From contig JACPJN010000006.1 of the NCBI GenBank assembly GCA_016187515.1, positions 192,856 through 256,855 of the forward strand: 64,000 nucleotides of DNA, in the 5' to 3' direction. The first letter of the stretch is position 1; each line of letters opens with the position of its first letter. The position numbers were made by a program, and so were the translations under genes. Of the stretch, positions 25,814-35,083 are shown one piece after another. The notes under the pieces were generated by a model, which was not told the origin of the DNA, ran no database searches, and saw nothing but the letters and a program-made list of their open reading frames with translations. This DNA is from Candidatus Uhrbacteria bacterium (GTDB lineage Bacteria > Patescibacteriota > Patescibacteriia > GWA2-47-26).

Positions 25814-28800
25814 TCATACCTTTCTCATTCCCACCCATATTTTATTGTTGTTTTCAAGGGGGATTTCGTATGACCAGGACATCTCTTGCGGCGCGTTTAC
25901 AAGTTTCACCGCGCGGGCCAGGACTGCTTTGCGCAGTTGTTTTTGATATTCTTTGACAACACCCCTCACCCCGCCCTCACCCGGCCTTTCGGCCACCCTC
26001 TCCCGCGGGGAGAGGGGAGGGTGAGGGTTCATGATTGCAATCAGTATGTCCACCTTGTCGGACGGCGTCAGTCCTGCGGCTTTGCGCGCGTCGTTGATCA
26101 GGCGCGTAAGTTCGCGAGCGAGGCCTTCTTTTTTAAGTTCCGGGGTGAGTTCGGTATTGAGTGAGACGGTGAGATTGCCGTCGGTTTTAGTGATCCAGCC
26201 GCCCCCTCCCCTCGCCCCTCCCACCAAGGGAGGGGAATTTCCAATCGTTTCCTCCCCCGCGACAGTCTCCCTCTCCCCCTGTGGGAGAGGGTTGGGGTGA
26301 GGGGTGGAGGATTTAGGAGGGGGGACAATCGTCACCTCCCTCACATTCACCTCCTCCGCAATTAATTGTAGCAAAACATCGCGATTCGCACTTTCTAATT
26401 TCCAATTTCCAATTTCCAATTTCCCCAATGGTTGTCTCACCTTCAACTTCGCTTCCGCCCGCGCCGCGTGCGCCAGCTCCACCACCTTACGCGCCGCGCT
26501 CATCTCTTCAAGCAGCGCCGTATCAATTTTTGCTTTCTTGAGTTTTGGCCAGTCGGATAAGTGAACGGATATTGGATGATTGGATGATTGGATGATTGGT
26601 GATTCATTGTCTTTTCGAATCTCTAATCTCGAATCTCTAATCTCCCGATACACATGCTCCGCCAAAAACGGCATAAATGGGGCAAGCACTTGCGACAGAG
26701 TATGTAGAACGTAGCGGGTAGTGAGTAAGGCGACGCGCTTCTCGCTTTTCTTTCCCTTAAAACGATCACGACTGCGGCGAAGATACCATTGGGAGAGATC
26801 AGCGATAAAATCCTGTATGGGCCGGCTGGCCTCGGATAATTTATATGCCTCCATATTCTCGGTCACCTCCTGAATCAGTTGATGCAACCGTGCGGCAATC
26901 CATTTGTCCAATATATGTTTAGAATTTGGAATTTTGAGTTTGGAGTTTGTTTGGGATTTGGGATTTGGAATTTGGAATTTTTCGTCTTGTGGTGCGTACA
27001 ATTTATAAAACTCCACCACATTCAAAAGCATGCTGACTACTTTATTATACATCTCGCGCACGCCTGCCTCCGAGAAATTTAAATTCTCCGCGTGCATGAC
27101 CGGAGAAGTCGCAAAGTAATAACGCAAGGCATCCGCGCCATACTTATTTATTACCGCCTCCGGTTCCGGATAATTTTTAAGGCGCTTGGCCATTTTTTTG
27201 CCATCTTCCGCCAGCACAATGCCATTGACAATCACGTTTTGAAACGCCGGCACGACTTTGCCAATCGGGATAGCTGGCGTTTTGCCGCGGGTAAGCGCCA
27301 CGGCTAGCACATGAAGCGTATAAAACCAGCCGCGGGTTTGATCCTGTCCTTCAGCAATAAACTCCGCTGGAAACGCCGCCTCAAACCGATCCTTATTTTC
27401 AAACGGATAGTGCATTTGCCCGTAGGGCATGCTTCCGGACTCAAACCAGCAATCTAATACTTCCGGAATGCGCTTCATTGTTCCTCCGCACTGCTTACAA
27501 GGAAAAGTTAATTCATCAACAATATGTTTATGCAAATCACCCACTGATTTCTCCACCAATTTTTCCAACTCTGCCACAGAACCGACAACGATAATGTTTT
27601 GACATTTGGAATTTGAATTTTGTTTGTCATTTGTAATTTGTAATTTGTAATTTCCGGTTTGGCATCGCCAAACCGGCAGCGGCGTTCCCCAAAAACGATT
27701 GCGTGAAATCGCCCAGTCGCGCGCGCCTTCAAGCCATTTGCCAAAACGCCCTTCCTTAATATACTCCGGCACCCAATTCGTCTTTTTATTGGCTGAAAGC
27801 AAAAGCTTTTTTAATTCGGTCACGCGCACAAACCAGCTGGAGGTTGCGTAATTCAAAAGCGGGGTATCACAGCGCCAGCAATGCGGATAGCTATGCGTGA
27901 TTGGCTCTGCGCGAAACAATTTGCCGCTTCCGCGCAGCCATTCTACAATTTTTTCATCTGTGGCGCCGGGATTGTCTTTGGGCTTAACTTCCCAACCCTT
28001 GAAATCCGCGACCTCCTCCTTAAAGCGGCCGTCCATACCCACATGCTGAACCAGCGGAATTTTTTGCTTTTGTCCAACCTGATAATCATTCTCGCCAAAA
28101 GCCGGCGCAATATGCACAACACCCGTACCATCTTCGGTCGTAACAAAATCTCCGGCCACCACCCGAAACGCGCGCTCGGTATCTTTATAGTATGGAAATA
28201 ATGCTTCGTATTTTAGCCCAACCAAGTCCTTGCCTTTAAGCTCTTTTACCACCTCGTATCCTCCACCAAGCATGGAAAGTCGCGCTTTGGCCAGAATGTA
28301 GTATTCGTCACCATTCGTAACCCCCCTATCCCCCCTTACCCTAAGGGGGGAATTTTCTGCGGCTCCCTCCCTTAAAGTAAGGGAGGGCTGGGGTGGGTTA
28401 TGAATCTTCACCACCACATAATCAACATCCGGATTTACCGCCAGAAGGACATTCCCCGGCAATGTCCATGGGGTTGTCGTCCAAGCCAGAAGATAAGTTG
28501 GTAAGTTGTAAGTTGTAAGTTGTAACTTACTACTTACTTGCTTACTACTTACAACTCGGAATTTCACGGTCACCGCCTTCTCTTTTACATCTTTATAGCC
28601 CATCGTTACTTCAAAATTTGAAAGCGGAGTTCCACAACGCGGACAAATATGCATGGCCTTGTATCCTTCATAAATCAACCCTTGTTTCCAAAGTTCCTTA
28701 AACACCCACCACACGCTTTCCATGTACGAAAGATCCATGGTTTTGTAGTCGCGCTCCATATCCACCCAGCGTCCAATGCGGCGGATTGTCTTTTTCCACT

Positions 28801-29173
28801 CTTCCACATAAGTCAGCACGGCCGCGCGGCAGGCCTCGTTGAATTTGGTTACCCCACAGACCTCAATCGCCTGGCGACTTGATAAATTTAAGTTCTTTTC
28901 CACGATATTTTCAACCGGAAGCCCATGGCAGTCCCAGCCCCATTTGCGCTCCACGCGATACCCGCGCATTGTCCAAAACCGCGGCACAATATCTTTCATC
29001 AGCGAAGCGACAATATGCCCGTAGTGCGGAAGGCCGGTGGCAAACGGCGGGCCGTCGTAAAACACAAAATCGCCGCGGGGCGCGGGTTTTTCCAGTGATT
29101 TCTCAAACACGTGGTGCTCGTCCCAGTATTTGAGTATTTCCTCTTCAATTTCGGGAAATTTTGGTTGAGCCAT
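25814..29173 (-). CDS. ileS: isoleucyl-tRNA synthetase
   Basis: HIGH motif (PHYGHIV) and KMAKRLKN (KMSKS). It carries at least 6 tandem-repeat insertions and 3 palindromic insertions. I place the start at MAQPKFPEIEE. Confidence 0.85.
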   Translation of the reverse strand: MAQPKFPEIEEEILKYWDEHHVFEKSLEKPAPRGDFVFYDGPPFATGLPHYGHIVASLMKDIVPRFWTMRGYRVERKWGWDCHGLPVENIVEKNLNLSSRQAIEVCGVTKFNEACRAAVLTYVEEWKKTIRRIGRWVDMERDYKTMDLSYMESVWWVFKELWKQGLIYEGYKAMHICPRCGTPLSNFEVTMGYKDVKEKAVTVKFRVVSSKQVSSKLQLTTYNLPTYLLAWTTTPWTLPGNVLLAVNPDVDYVVVKIHNPPQPSLTLREGAAENSPLRVRGDRGVTNGDEYYILAKARLSMLGGGYEVVKELKGKDLVGLKYEALFPYYKDTERAFRVVAGDFVTTEDGTGVVHIAPAFGENDYQVGQKQKIPLVQHVGMDGRFKEEVADFKGWEVKPKDNPGATDEKIVEWLRGSGKLFRAEPITHSYPHCWRCDTPLLNYATSSWFVRVTELKKLLLSANKKTNWVPEYIKEGRFGKWLEGARDWAISRNRFWGTPLPVWRCQTGNYKLQITNDKQNSNSKCQNIIVVGSVAELEKLVEKSVGDLHKHIVDELTFPCKQCGGTMKRIPEVLDCWFESGSMPYGQMHYPFENKDRFEAAFPAEFIAEGQDQTRGWFYTLHVLAVALTRGKTPAIPIGKVVPAFQNVIVNGIVLAEDGKKMAKRLKNYPEPEAVINKYGADALRYYFATSPVMHAENLNFSEAGVREMYNKVVSMLLNVVEFYKLYAPQDEKFQIPNPKSQTNSKLKIPNSKHILDKWIAARLHQLIQEVTENMEAYKLSEASRPIQDFIADLSQWYLRRSRDRFKGKKSEKRVALLTTRYVLHTLSQVLAPFMPFLAEHVYREIRDSRLEIRKDNESPIIQSSNHPISVHLSDWPKLKKAKIDTALLEEMSAARKVVELAHAARAEAKLKVRQPLGKLEIGNWKLESANRDVLLQLIAEEVNVREVTIVPPPKSSTPHPNPLPQGERETVAGEETIGNSPPLVGGARGGGGWITKTDGNLTVSLNTELTPELKKEGLARELTRLINDARKAAGLTPSDKVDILIAIMNPHPPLSPRERVAERPGEGGVRGVVKEYQKQLRKAVLARAVKLVNAPQEMSWSYEIPLENNNKIWVGMRKV
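26200..26326. repeat. Largest palindromic element (~125 nt) in-frame in ileS. Further copies lie at 25961-26030 and 28318-28402.
   Basis: It contains ccccctcccctcgcccctcccaccaagggaggggaa...ctccctctccccctgtgggagagggttggggtgaggggtgg. Confidence 0.6.
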
Positions 29174-29240
29174 AACGAGAAACAGTGTATCGCATTTATC
29201 TGCTTTTTGCAATCGCTCGGTCGTGGTATACTGTGGAGAT

Positions 29241-29759
29241 ATGAAACCAACCATTTACCTCGGCGGGGATCATGCCGCGTTTGAGCTGAAGGAAAAAATC
29301 ACGGCGTATTTGAAAACGCGCGGCTATATAGTGCGCGATTTCGGGCCGCACACGTATGATCCGGATGATGATTACCCGGATTTTGTGATTCCAATGGCCA
29401 AAGCAGTTGGGCGCGCAGGACCCCTCCTTAATCCTCCCCTTAAAAAGGGGAGGAAAAAAGTTGAGGTACGCGGCATGGCGCTTGGCGGATCCGGTATCGG
29501 CGAATGCATCGCGGCCAACAAAGTAAAAGGGGTACGCGCGGTGCGCGCGTGGGATAAAGTCAGCGCAAAGATGAGTAGATGGCACAATGATACCAATGTG
29601 CTTTGTCTTGGCGGCGGGAAAACCATGGACAAAACGCAAAACGTCGGCCTCACCTTTGCCCAAGCCAAACCAATTATCGACACTTGGCTGACCACTCCCT
29701 TCTCCAACGCCCCGCGACATGTACGGAGATTGAAAAAAATCTCAAGGATTGATAAATAA
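29241..29759 (+). CDS. rpiB: ribose-5-phosphate isomerase B
   Basis: IYLGGDHAAFELKEKI...DDYPDF...GGSGIGECIAANKVKGVRA...RWHNDTNVLCLGG matches the RpiB/LacAB family. It is divergent from ileS. There is a palindromic insertion at 29421-29458. Confidence 0.75.
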   Translation: MKPTIYLGGDHAAFELKEKITAYLKTRGYIVRDFGPHTYDPDDDYPDFVIPMAKAVGRAGPLLNPPLKKGRKKVEVRGMALGGSGIGECIAANKVKGVRAVRAWDKVSAKMSRWHNDTNVLCLGGGKTMDKTQNVGLTFAQAKPIIDTWLTTPFSNAPRHVRRLKKISRIDK

Positions 29760-29773
29760 CTCATCATCACGAT

Positions 29774-29959
29774 ATGGAAAATAAAAAACCTACAAATGTG
29801 TACGATGAAGAATATGATAAGATAATAAGAAATTTTTACGCAAAACGGGAAGCAATGTTCCGGGAACTTATCTCGATCATACATGGCAAACAAATGCTCA
29901 CCGACACTGAAGTCCAGCACATCATCACCATGGAACCCTTCCCGCAGTTAAGCGTATAA
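29774..29959 (+). CDS. hypothetical small protein
   Basis: A 61-aa ORF with no homology recognised. Confidence 0.25.
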   Translation: MENKKPTNVYDEEYDKIIRNFYAKREAMFRELISIIHGKQMLTDTEVQHIITMEPFPQLSV

Positions 29960-30019
29960 AATTTTACTCTCGCAATAAAACCCGCCCGTTGAAGGCGATT
30001 TTTGTTTTTAAAATAATAA

Positions 30020-30500
30020 GCGCCCGGATGACCGTGAAGTCAGAGCCGGGACGCGGAAAGTAACGCGAGGGATTGTTGCGGCATTGGTACTCCCCCTAGA
30101 GAGAATTGGCACCGCATTTCCTTTGTACATGCCAAACGACGAATCGGTCATTGACCCCCGGTTTTGACCCGGACAGTTGTGCGTCTATTCTGCACCACCT
30201 TATACAGCGCCGCAAGGCAGGGTACCGACCTATGGCCTCTTCATCCGATAGTGGTGTCGCGGACGGAAAGCGATCGCGCACGCATCCCTCGACTCTGGGT
30301 CCAAACAACAGCATCTCGCGGCAATTGCTACTGCTACAATACGCTGAAGCGTGACTGATACAATACGCGGGGAGACACTCCTCCTGCCAAAGTTTTCGAA
30401 GCAGCTTTTTCCAGAGTCTTTCCCAAAGGCGCATGGGTCCTCCTGTTTATGGTAGCCCCTTGTTCATTATTTTGCCAAGTTTTCGACAATTTGTCAAGGG
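30020..30500. ncRNA. candidate structured non-coding RNA (identity unresolved)
   Basis: About 480 nt with no credible ORF. It is GC-rich with many long-range complementary segments (for example gagggat/atccctc, and gtgcag-aatag-acgcac as a hairpin). In minus-strand reading there are patches resembling bacterial RNase P RNA (CCATAGG, TAAGGTG..GTGCAGAATAGACGCAC, CCCGGCTCTGAC). Confidence 0.2.
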
Positions 30501-30561
30501 CGGGGTACAATGGAAGCATTCGTGAGTTATTCGTCTCTTATTTGTGAGTTATTTGTGTTTT

Positions 30562-31308
30562 ATGAAAGAAATAATCCCCACCATTCTTGTGCAAGATCGT
30601 TTGGAGTTTGAACGGCGGCTTGGTATAATGGAGGGGAAGATTCCGGTTGCGCAGATGGATATTATGGATGGGAAGTTCGTTAAAAACACCACCTTTTCCG
30701 ACCCGAAAATCGCCGCGCGCTACCAAGTGGACTATGAGTTGGATTTGATGGTGGCCGATCCTGGGCCGGTGCTGGAGAAGTGGCACGACACCCTCCCCCC
30801 CGCCCGTGGCGAGGCTCGCCTTTGGCGGCAGCCCCCTCCCATTAAGGGAGGGGGAAAAGTGGTACGAGCGTTTGTGCATGCCGAGATAAAAAAACCTCTG
30901 GCGTCGCTTCTTGAAAAAATAAAATCGTACGGCTGGGAAGCCGGGATTGCGCTCAATCCGGATACAGGGTGGGAAGTGGTGGAGCCGTATATCGCTCGTA
31001 ACCCCTCCCGACCTCCCCTTACCCTAAGGGGAGGAGAAACTGTGGACTCCATACTTTTTATGACGGTCTATCCCGGGCAAAACGGCGCGGCGTTTCAGCC
31101 GAAAGTAATTCCGAAGATTACGCAGTTTCATAAAGCGTATCCAAAGATAATAATTGAGGTGGACGGCGGAGTAAACGAGAAGACCTTACCCCGCCTACTC
31201 ACGGCCGGCGTTACTCGTTTTGCGGTTGGCAGTGCGATATGGTCCGCGCCGGATCCCGTTGGAGAATATAAAAAACTTTTTCAATTAACAAATAACTCAC
31301 TAATATAA
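30562..31308 (+). CDS. rpe: ribulose-phosphate 3-epimerase
   Basis: It has DIMDGKFV and the end-motif VDGGVN. There are two palindromic insertions at 30790-30858 and 30999-31038. The leader carries 11-nt repeats. Confidence 0.75.
   Translation: MKEIIPTILVQDRLEFERRLGIMEGKIPVAQMDIMDGKFVKNTTFSDPKIAARYQVDYELDLMVADPGPVLEKWHDTLPPARGEARLWRQPPPIKGGGKVVRAFVHAEIKKPLASLLEKIKSYGWEAGIALNPDTGWEVVEPYIARNPSRPPLTLRGGETVDSILFMTVYPGQNGAAFQPKVIPKITQFHKAYPKIIIEVDGGVNEKTLPRLLTAGVTRFAVGSAIWSAPDPVGEYKKLFQLTNNSLI
30790..30858. repeat. Palindromic element in-frame in rpe (second copy at 30999-31038)
   Basis: ccctcccccccgcccgtggcgaggctcgcctttggcggcagccccctcccattaagggagggggaa. Confidence 0.55.
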
Positions 31309-31377
31309 ACGAATGACCCACCTATAGGAATTCGTGAGCCATACGTCTTCTTATTCGTGAACCATTCGTCAATTCAA

Positions 31378-31470
31378 TATGAAGAAATTATTTTGGATCC
31401 TCATTGGTCTCGTGATTGCGCTGACGGTGGTAATTCTGGTGCTTGCCTTGGTCGCGGCGCTTCGCGCTTA
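31378..31470 (+). CDS. putative 30-aa single-TM peptide
   Basis: MKKLFWILIGLVIALTVVILVLALVAALRA*. It is flanked on both sides by attcgtgag repeat arrays. Confidence 0.3.
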
Positions 31471-31568
31471 AACACAAATAGCTCACGAATAGAAACGAAT
31501 AGCTCACGGATATATTCGTGCGCCATTCGTAATTTGTGAGTTATTTGTAACCAATTCGTGAGCTATTC

Positions 31569-32432
31569 GTGCATATGCATATTCATGACGATAAGATCAA
31601 GGAGTTAGAAGAGAAAGCTCTCCAGGTGCGCGAGCTTATCATTGATATGCTTGTCGCGGCGGGCTCCGGCCATTCGGCCGGCCCCTTGGACATGGCCGAC
31701 ATTTTTGTCGCGCTATATTTTCATATTCTGCACCATGATCCGAAAAACCCGGACTGGCCCGAACGCGACCGGCTGATTTTATCCTGCGGCCATATTTGTC
31801 CGGTGCGTTATGCAACTATGGCGCTCGCGGGATATTTTCCAATTGAAGAATTAAAGACGCTGCGCAAGTTCGGCACGCGCCTGCAAGGGCACCCGGAACG
31901 CCTGCGTCTTCCCGGATCCGAGACCACTTCCGGCCCGCTTGGCGCCGGACTGGCACAATCCTGCGGCCTGGCCTACGCCGCGCGTATGGACGGCAAGACC
32001 TGGCGTACTTATTGCATTACCTCGGACGGCGAGCATGAAGCCGGATTGCATTGGGAAGCCGTGCTGTGGGCCGGAAAATATAAACTTTCTAATTTGACGT
32101 GCATTGTAGACCGCAATACCATTCAAATTGACGGCGGGACCGAGGAGATCATGCCGCTTGAACCCCTGCGCGCCAAATACGAGGCCTTTAATTGGCATGT
32201 GCTGGAAGTCGGCGGGCACAATCTGGAACAATTTGTTGACGCGGTGGAAGAAGCCAAATCCATTTTGGAAAAACCCACGGTCATCATCGCGCACACCATC
32301 CCCGGCCGCGGCGTTTCGTTCATGGAGAAAAAATTCGAATGGCACGGGATCCCGCCGAATAAAGAACAAGCGGCCCAGGCATTGCGTGAACTACGCACTC
32401 TTGGAGGTAAGATTACTTCGGAGCACGAGTGA
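31569..32432 (+). CDS. tkt: transketolase, N-terminal (TPP-binding) subunit
   Basis: GSGHSAGPLDMADIFVALYF...GHPE....TTSGPLGAGL matches Transketolase_N. This is the split form. Confidence 0.8.
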   Translation: MHMHIHDDKIKELEEKALQVRELIIDMLVAAGSGHSAGPLDMADIFVALYFHILHHDPKNPDWPERDRLILSCGHICPVRYATMALAGYFPIEELKTLRKFGTRLQGHPERLRLPGSETTSGPLGAGLAQSCGLAYAARMDGKTWRTYCITSDGEHEAGLHWEAVLWAGKYKLSNLTCIVDRNTIQIDGGTEEIMPLEPLRAKYEAFNWHVLEVGGHNLEQFVDAVEEAKSILEKPTVIIAHTIPGRGVSFMEKKFEWHGIPPNKEQAAQALRELRTLGGKITSEHE

Positions 32433-32482
32433 TATTTGACTAATGGCTCACAAATGCGTAACAAATAGCTCACGAATAACAA

Positions 32483-32911
32483 ATGAAAGACGAATTACTC
32501 ACAAATAAAGTGCTGCATGCGGAATTATCGTACAAATTCGTTTCACTGGCAATTGAAGTCAGTAAAAAGTATGGCTATCTTCATAAAGAACAAGTGTATC
32601 AAAAAGTTATGGAGGAGTTGCTCGCTAAAAATGGTATTCCTTTCATCGCCCAGCCAAGGATTAATGTGCATTCGCTCGATACGGGTAAATCTTTAGCGGT
32701 ATATGTTCCGGACATATTAGTAGATCAAAAGATCATCGTAGAACTCAAGGCATTGCCATTTGTTCCTAAACCGCAGATTAACAAGTTAGAACAATATCTA
32801 AAAACATCCCGCTATGAGGTCGCTTATATGGTAAACTTCGGCACGCCAAAAGCACAGATTGTCAGAAGAATTTATACCAATGATCGAAAACCATTTGTGA
32901 GCCATTTGTAA
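32483..32911 (+). CDS. GxxExxY-family protein (PD-(D/E)xK-like)
   Basis: ELSYKFVSLAIEV...YGYLHKEQVYQKVMEEL...IIVELKAL...VNFG matches the GxxExxY family. It is inserted between the two tkt halves. Confidence 0.7.
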   Translation: MKDELLTNKVLHAELSYKFVSLAIEVSKKYGYLHKEQVYQKVMEELLAKNGIPFIAQPRINVHSLDTGKSLAVYVPDILVDQKIIVELKALPFVPKPQINKLEQYLKTSRYEVAYMVNFGTPKAQIVRRIYTNDRKPFVSHL

Positions 32912-32934
32912 TTATTCGTGAGTAATTTGTCACT

Positions 32935-33927
32935 ATGCCGGTAAGCCAAACTGCTAAATTAGTGCCCACACTGTTTGACACCCAGTCCCTCAAACAAGTA
33001 CCCACCAGAGATGGCTACGGTCTTGGCATAGTTGAAGCCGGAAAGGAAAACCCCAACGTCGTCGTGCTTTGCGCGGATCTTACCGAATCCACGCGGAATT
33101 TGGAATTTAAAAAACAATTTCCCGACCGGTTTATCCAGTGCGGGGTGCATGAGCAATTTCTGGCTGCCGCCGGAGCCGGGCTTGCGCTGGCCGGAAAAAT
33201 TCCGTTTATCTCCTCGTATGCGATGTTTTGCCCGGGCCGCGCCTGGGAACAAATCCGCACCAACATTTGTCTTAATGAGGTAAATGTCAAAATCGCCGGG
33301 GCCCACGCCGGGGTCTCCGTCGGCCCGGATGGCGCAACGCATCAAGCCATTGAGGATATCGCGATCATGCGCCCGATTCCCAATATGCAGATTATCGTGC
33401 CCTGTGATATGATTGAGACGCGCAAAGCCACACTCGCTGCCGCGAAACTCCCCGGCCCTTTCTACGTGCGCTTCGCGCGCGAAAAGTCGCCGGTTTTTAC
33501 AACCGAAGAAACGCCTTTTGAATTCGGGAAGGCCACGGTGTTTCACGATGGGAGCGACGTGGCAATTGTGGCCTGTGGACCGCTTGTCCATGAAGCAATG
33601 CTTGCCGCGCGAGAACTGGAAAAAAGGAAAATCTCCGCGCGGGTCATCAACTCGCACACTGTAAAACCCCTTGATGAAGACACAATACTAGCCGTGGCAG
33701 AAGAATGCGGCGCAATCGTTACAGTAGAAGAGCACCAAATCACCGGCGGACTGGGCGGGGCGATTGCAGAGTTTCTGGTCAAACACGCGCCAGTGCCGAT
33801 CGAAATGATCGGTATCCAAAACTTATTCGGCCAAAGTGGAAACCCTCGGGAACTTTTAGAACATTACGAACTCACCGCCCCGCATATCGTAGAATCCTGC
33901 CTAAGAGTACTGGCAAGGAAAAAATAA
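32935..33927 (+). CDS. tkt: transketolase, C-terminal (pyrimidine-binding) subunit
   Basis: ...CGVHEQFLAAAGAGLALAGKIPFISSYAMF...GPDGATHQAIEDIA matches Transket_pyr plus the C-terminal domain. Confidence 0.8.
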   Translation: MPVSQTAKLVPTLFDTQSLKQVPTRDGYGLGIVEAGKENPNVVVLCADLTESTRNLEFKKQFPDRFIQCGVHEQFLAAAGAGLALAGKIPFISSYAMFCPGRAWEQIRTNICLNEVNVKIAGAHAGVSVGPDGATHQAIEDIAIMRPIPNMQIIVPCDMIETRKATLAAAKLPGPFYVRFAREKSPVFTTEETPFEFGKATVFHDGSDVAIVACGPLVHEAMLAARELEKRKISARVINSHTVKPLDEDTILAVAEECGAIVTVEEHQITGGLGGAIAEFLVKHAPVPIEMIGIQNLFGQSGNPRELLEHYELTAPHIVESCLRVLARKK

Positions 33928-34061
33928 CCCTCTCTTTAACATACCTTATGGCCTTCCACCCCAAACCCTCCCGTCCAACGGCTTTTCTTTTTCCGCCCTT
34001 GCGCGCGCCGGAGGAAAAAGGCGATTTTCGCCAAGAAATTTCCTGGCGCATCTTTCGCATC

Positions 34062-34661
34062 ATGGCCGAATTTATTGACGGTTTTCAGTTTTTGGCCGAC
34101 CTTAAAAAAGAAGTAAGTTTTTTCGGCTCCGCGCGGTTCAAGCCGTCCAACAAGCACTACCGCGAAGCGGAGAAACTCGCGCGGATGCTCGGCAAAGCCG
34201 GATTTACCGTAATTACCGGCGGCGGTCCGGGAGTGATGGAGGCGGCGAACAAGGGGGCAATTGAAACCGGCGCGGAGTCGGTCGGACTGAATATTCAGCT
34301 CCCGAAAGAACAGCGGGTTAACCGGTATGTAAAGCATGGCATTGGTTTCCATTATTTTTTTACCAGAAAAGTTATGCTCTCGGCTTCGGCGCAGGCCTAC
34401 GTATTCTTTCCCGGCGGATTTGGAACGCTTGATGAAATGTTTGAACTCATTACGCTTATTGAAACGGAAAAAGCCGAGCGCATCCCTATTGTACTTATCG
34501 GCAAGGATTACTGGAGCGGACTGCTTAGCTGGATTGAAGAACAAGTATATAAAAAACACCACGCGATAGAAAGGGGAGACATGAAAATTTACACGCTGGT
34601 GGACTCGGTGGAGGAGGCGTATGAGATTGTGGTGAAGTCAAAAGAACGAGCGTATTTCTAG
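34062..34661 (+). CDS. LOG-family protein (cytokinin riboside 5'-monophosphate phosphoribohydrolase-like)
   Basis: SFFGSAR....VITGGGPGVMEAANKGA...PGGFGTLDEMFE is the TIGR00730 signature. The ORF-track start at 33705 overlaps tktC by 220 nt and is rejected. An alternative start is 33948. Confidence 0.7.
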   Translation: MAEFIDGFQFLADLKKEVSFFGSARFKPSNKHYREAEKLARMLGKAGFTVITGGGPGVMEAANKGAIETGAESVGLNIQLPKEQRVNRYVKHGIGFHYFFTRKVMLSASAQAYVFFPGGFGTLDEMFELITLIETEKAERIPIVLIGKDYWSGLLSWIEEQVYKKHHAIERGDMKIYTLVDSVEEAYEIVVKSKERAYF

Positions 34662-34677
34662 TGATGAATCATGAATT

Positions 34678-35067
34678 ATGAATCAAGAATCAAGGGGATT
34701 GAAATCGTTTACTGATCTCAATGCATGGAAAGAAGGACATGCACTCGTTCTACAAATTTACAAAACAACAAAGGCCTGGCCGAAAGAGGAAGTGTTTGGA
34801 CTAATAAGCCAGATACGTCGCTGTGCAGTATCAATTACTTCCAACATTGCCGAGGGTTTTAGCAGACAATCGTATAAAGAAAAAGTACAGTTTTACGCAA
34901 TCGCACTCGGATCAGTCACCGAACTTCAAAACCAACTCCTGATCGCGAAAGATGTGGGGTACATCGCTATTGACAATTTCAACACAATTGCACAACAGTC
35001 AATCAAGGTACACAAAATTATCAATGGTCTGGTCAAAAGCTCAAAATCCATGATTCATAATTCGTGA
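34678..35067 (+). CDS. four-helix-bundle protein of the '23S rRNA intervening-sequence protein' family (TIGR02436)
   Basis: ...AWKEGHALVLQIYKTTKAWPKEEVFGLISQIRRCAVSITSNIAEGFSRQS.KE...F. It is bracketed by tgattcat/atgaatca repeats at 34663-34700 and 35043-35083. Confidence 0.75.
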   Translation: MNQESRGLKSFTDLNAWKEGHALVLQIYKTTKAWPKEEVFGLISQIRRCAVSITSNIAEGFSRQSYKEKVQFYAIALGSVTELQNQLLIAKDVGYIAIDNFNTIAQQSIKVHKIINGLVKSSKSMIHNS

Positions 35068-35083
35068 TTCTTGATTCATCAAT

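Noticed and set aside
24015-28545. Possible CRISPR array, suggested by the many short direct repeats
   Set aside because: The repeats are 7-11 nt units in immediate tandem or imperfect arrays inside ORFs. They lack 25-40 nt repeats separated by unique spacers of similar length, and there are no cas genes.
30120-30200. tmRNA: 'gccaaacgacgaa' on the + strand resembles the start of an ANDENYALAA-type tag
   Set aside because: The reading frame hits TGA after 7 codons and has no ALAA ending. There is no T-arm/acceptor-like 3' end with CCA, and no GGGG...TCGACGGG 5' domain on either strand.
33705-34061. N-terminal 119-aa extension of the LOG gene ORF
   Set aside because: It overlaps the tktC coding sequence by 220 nt in another frame and is extremely Arg-rich. 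The LOG homology begins at the MAEF methionine (34062).
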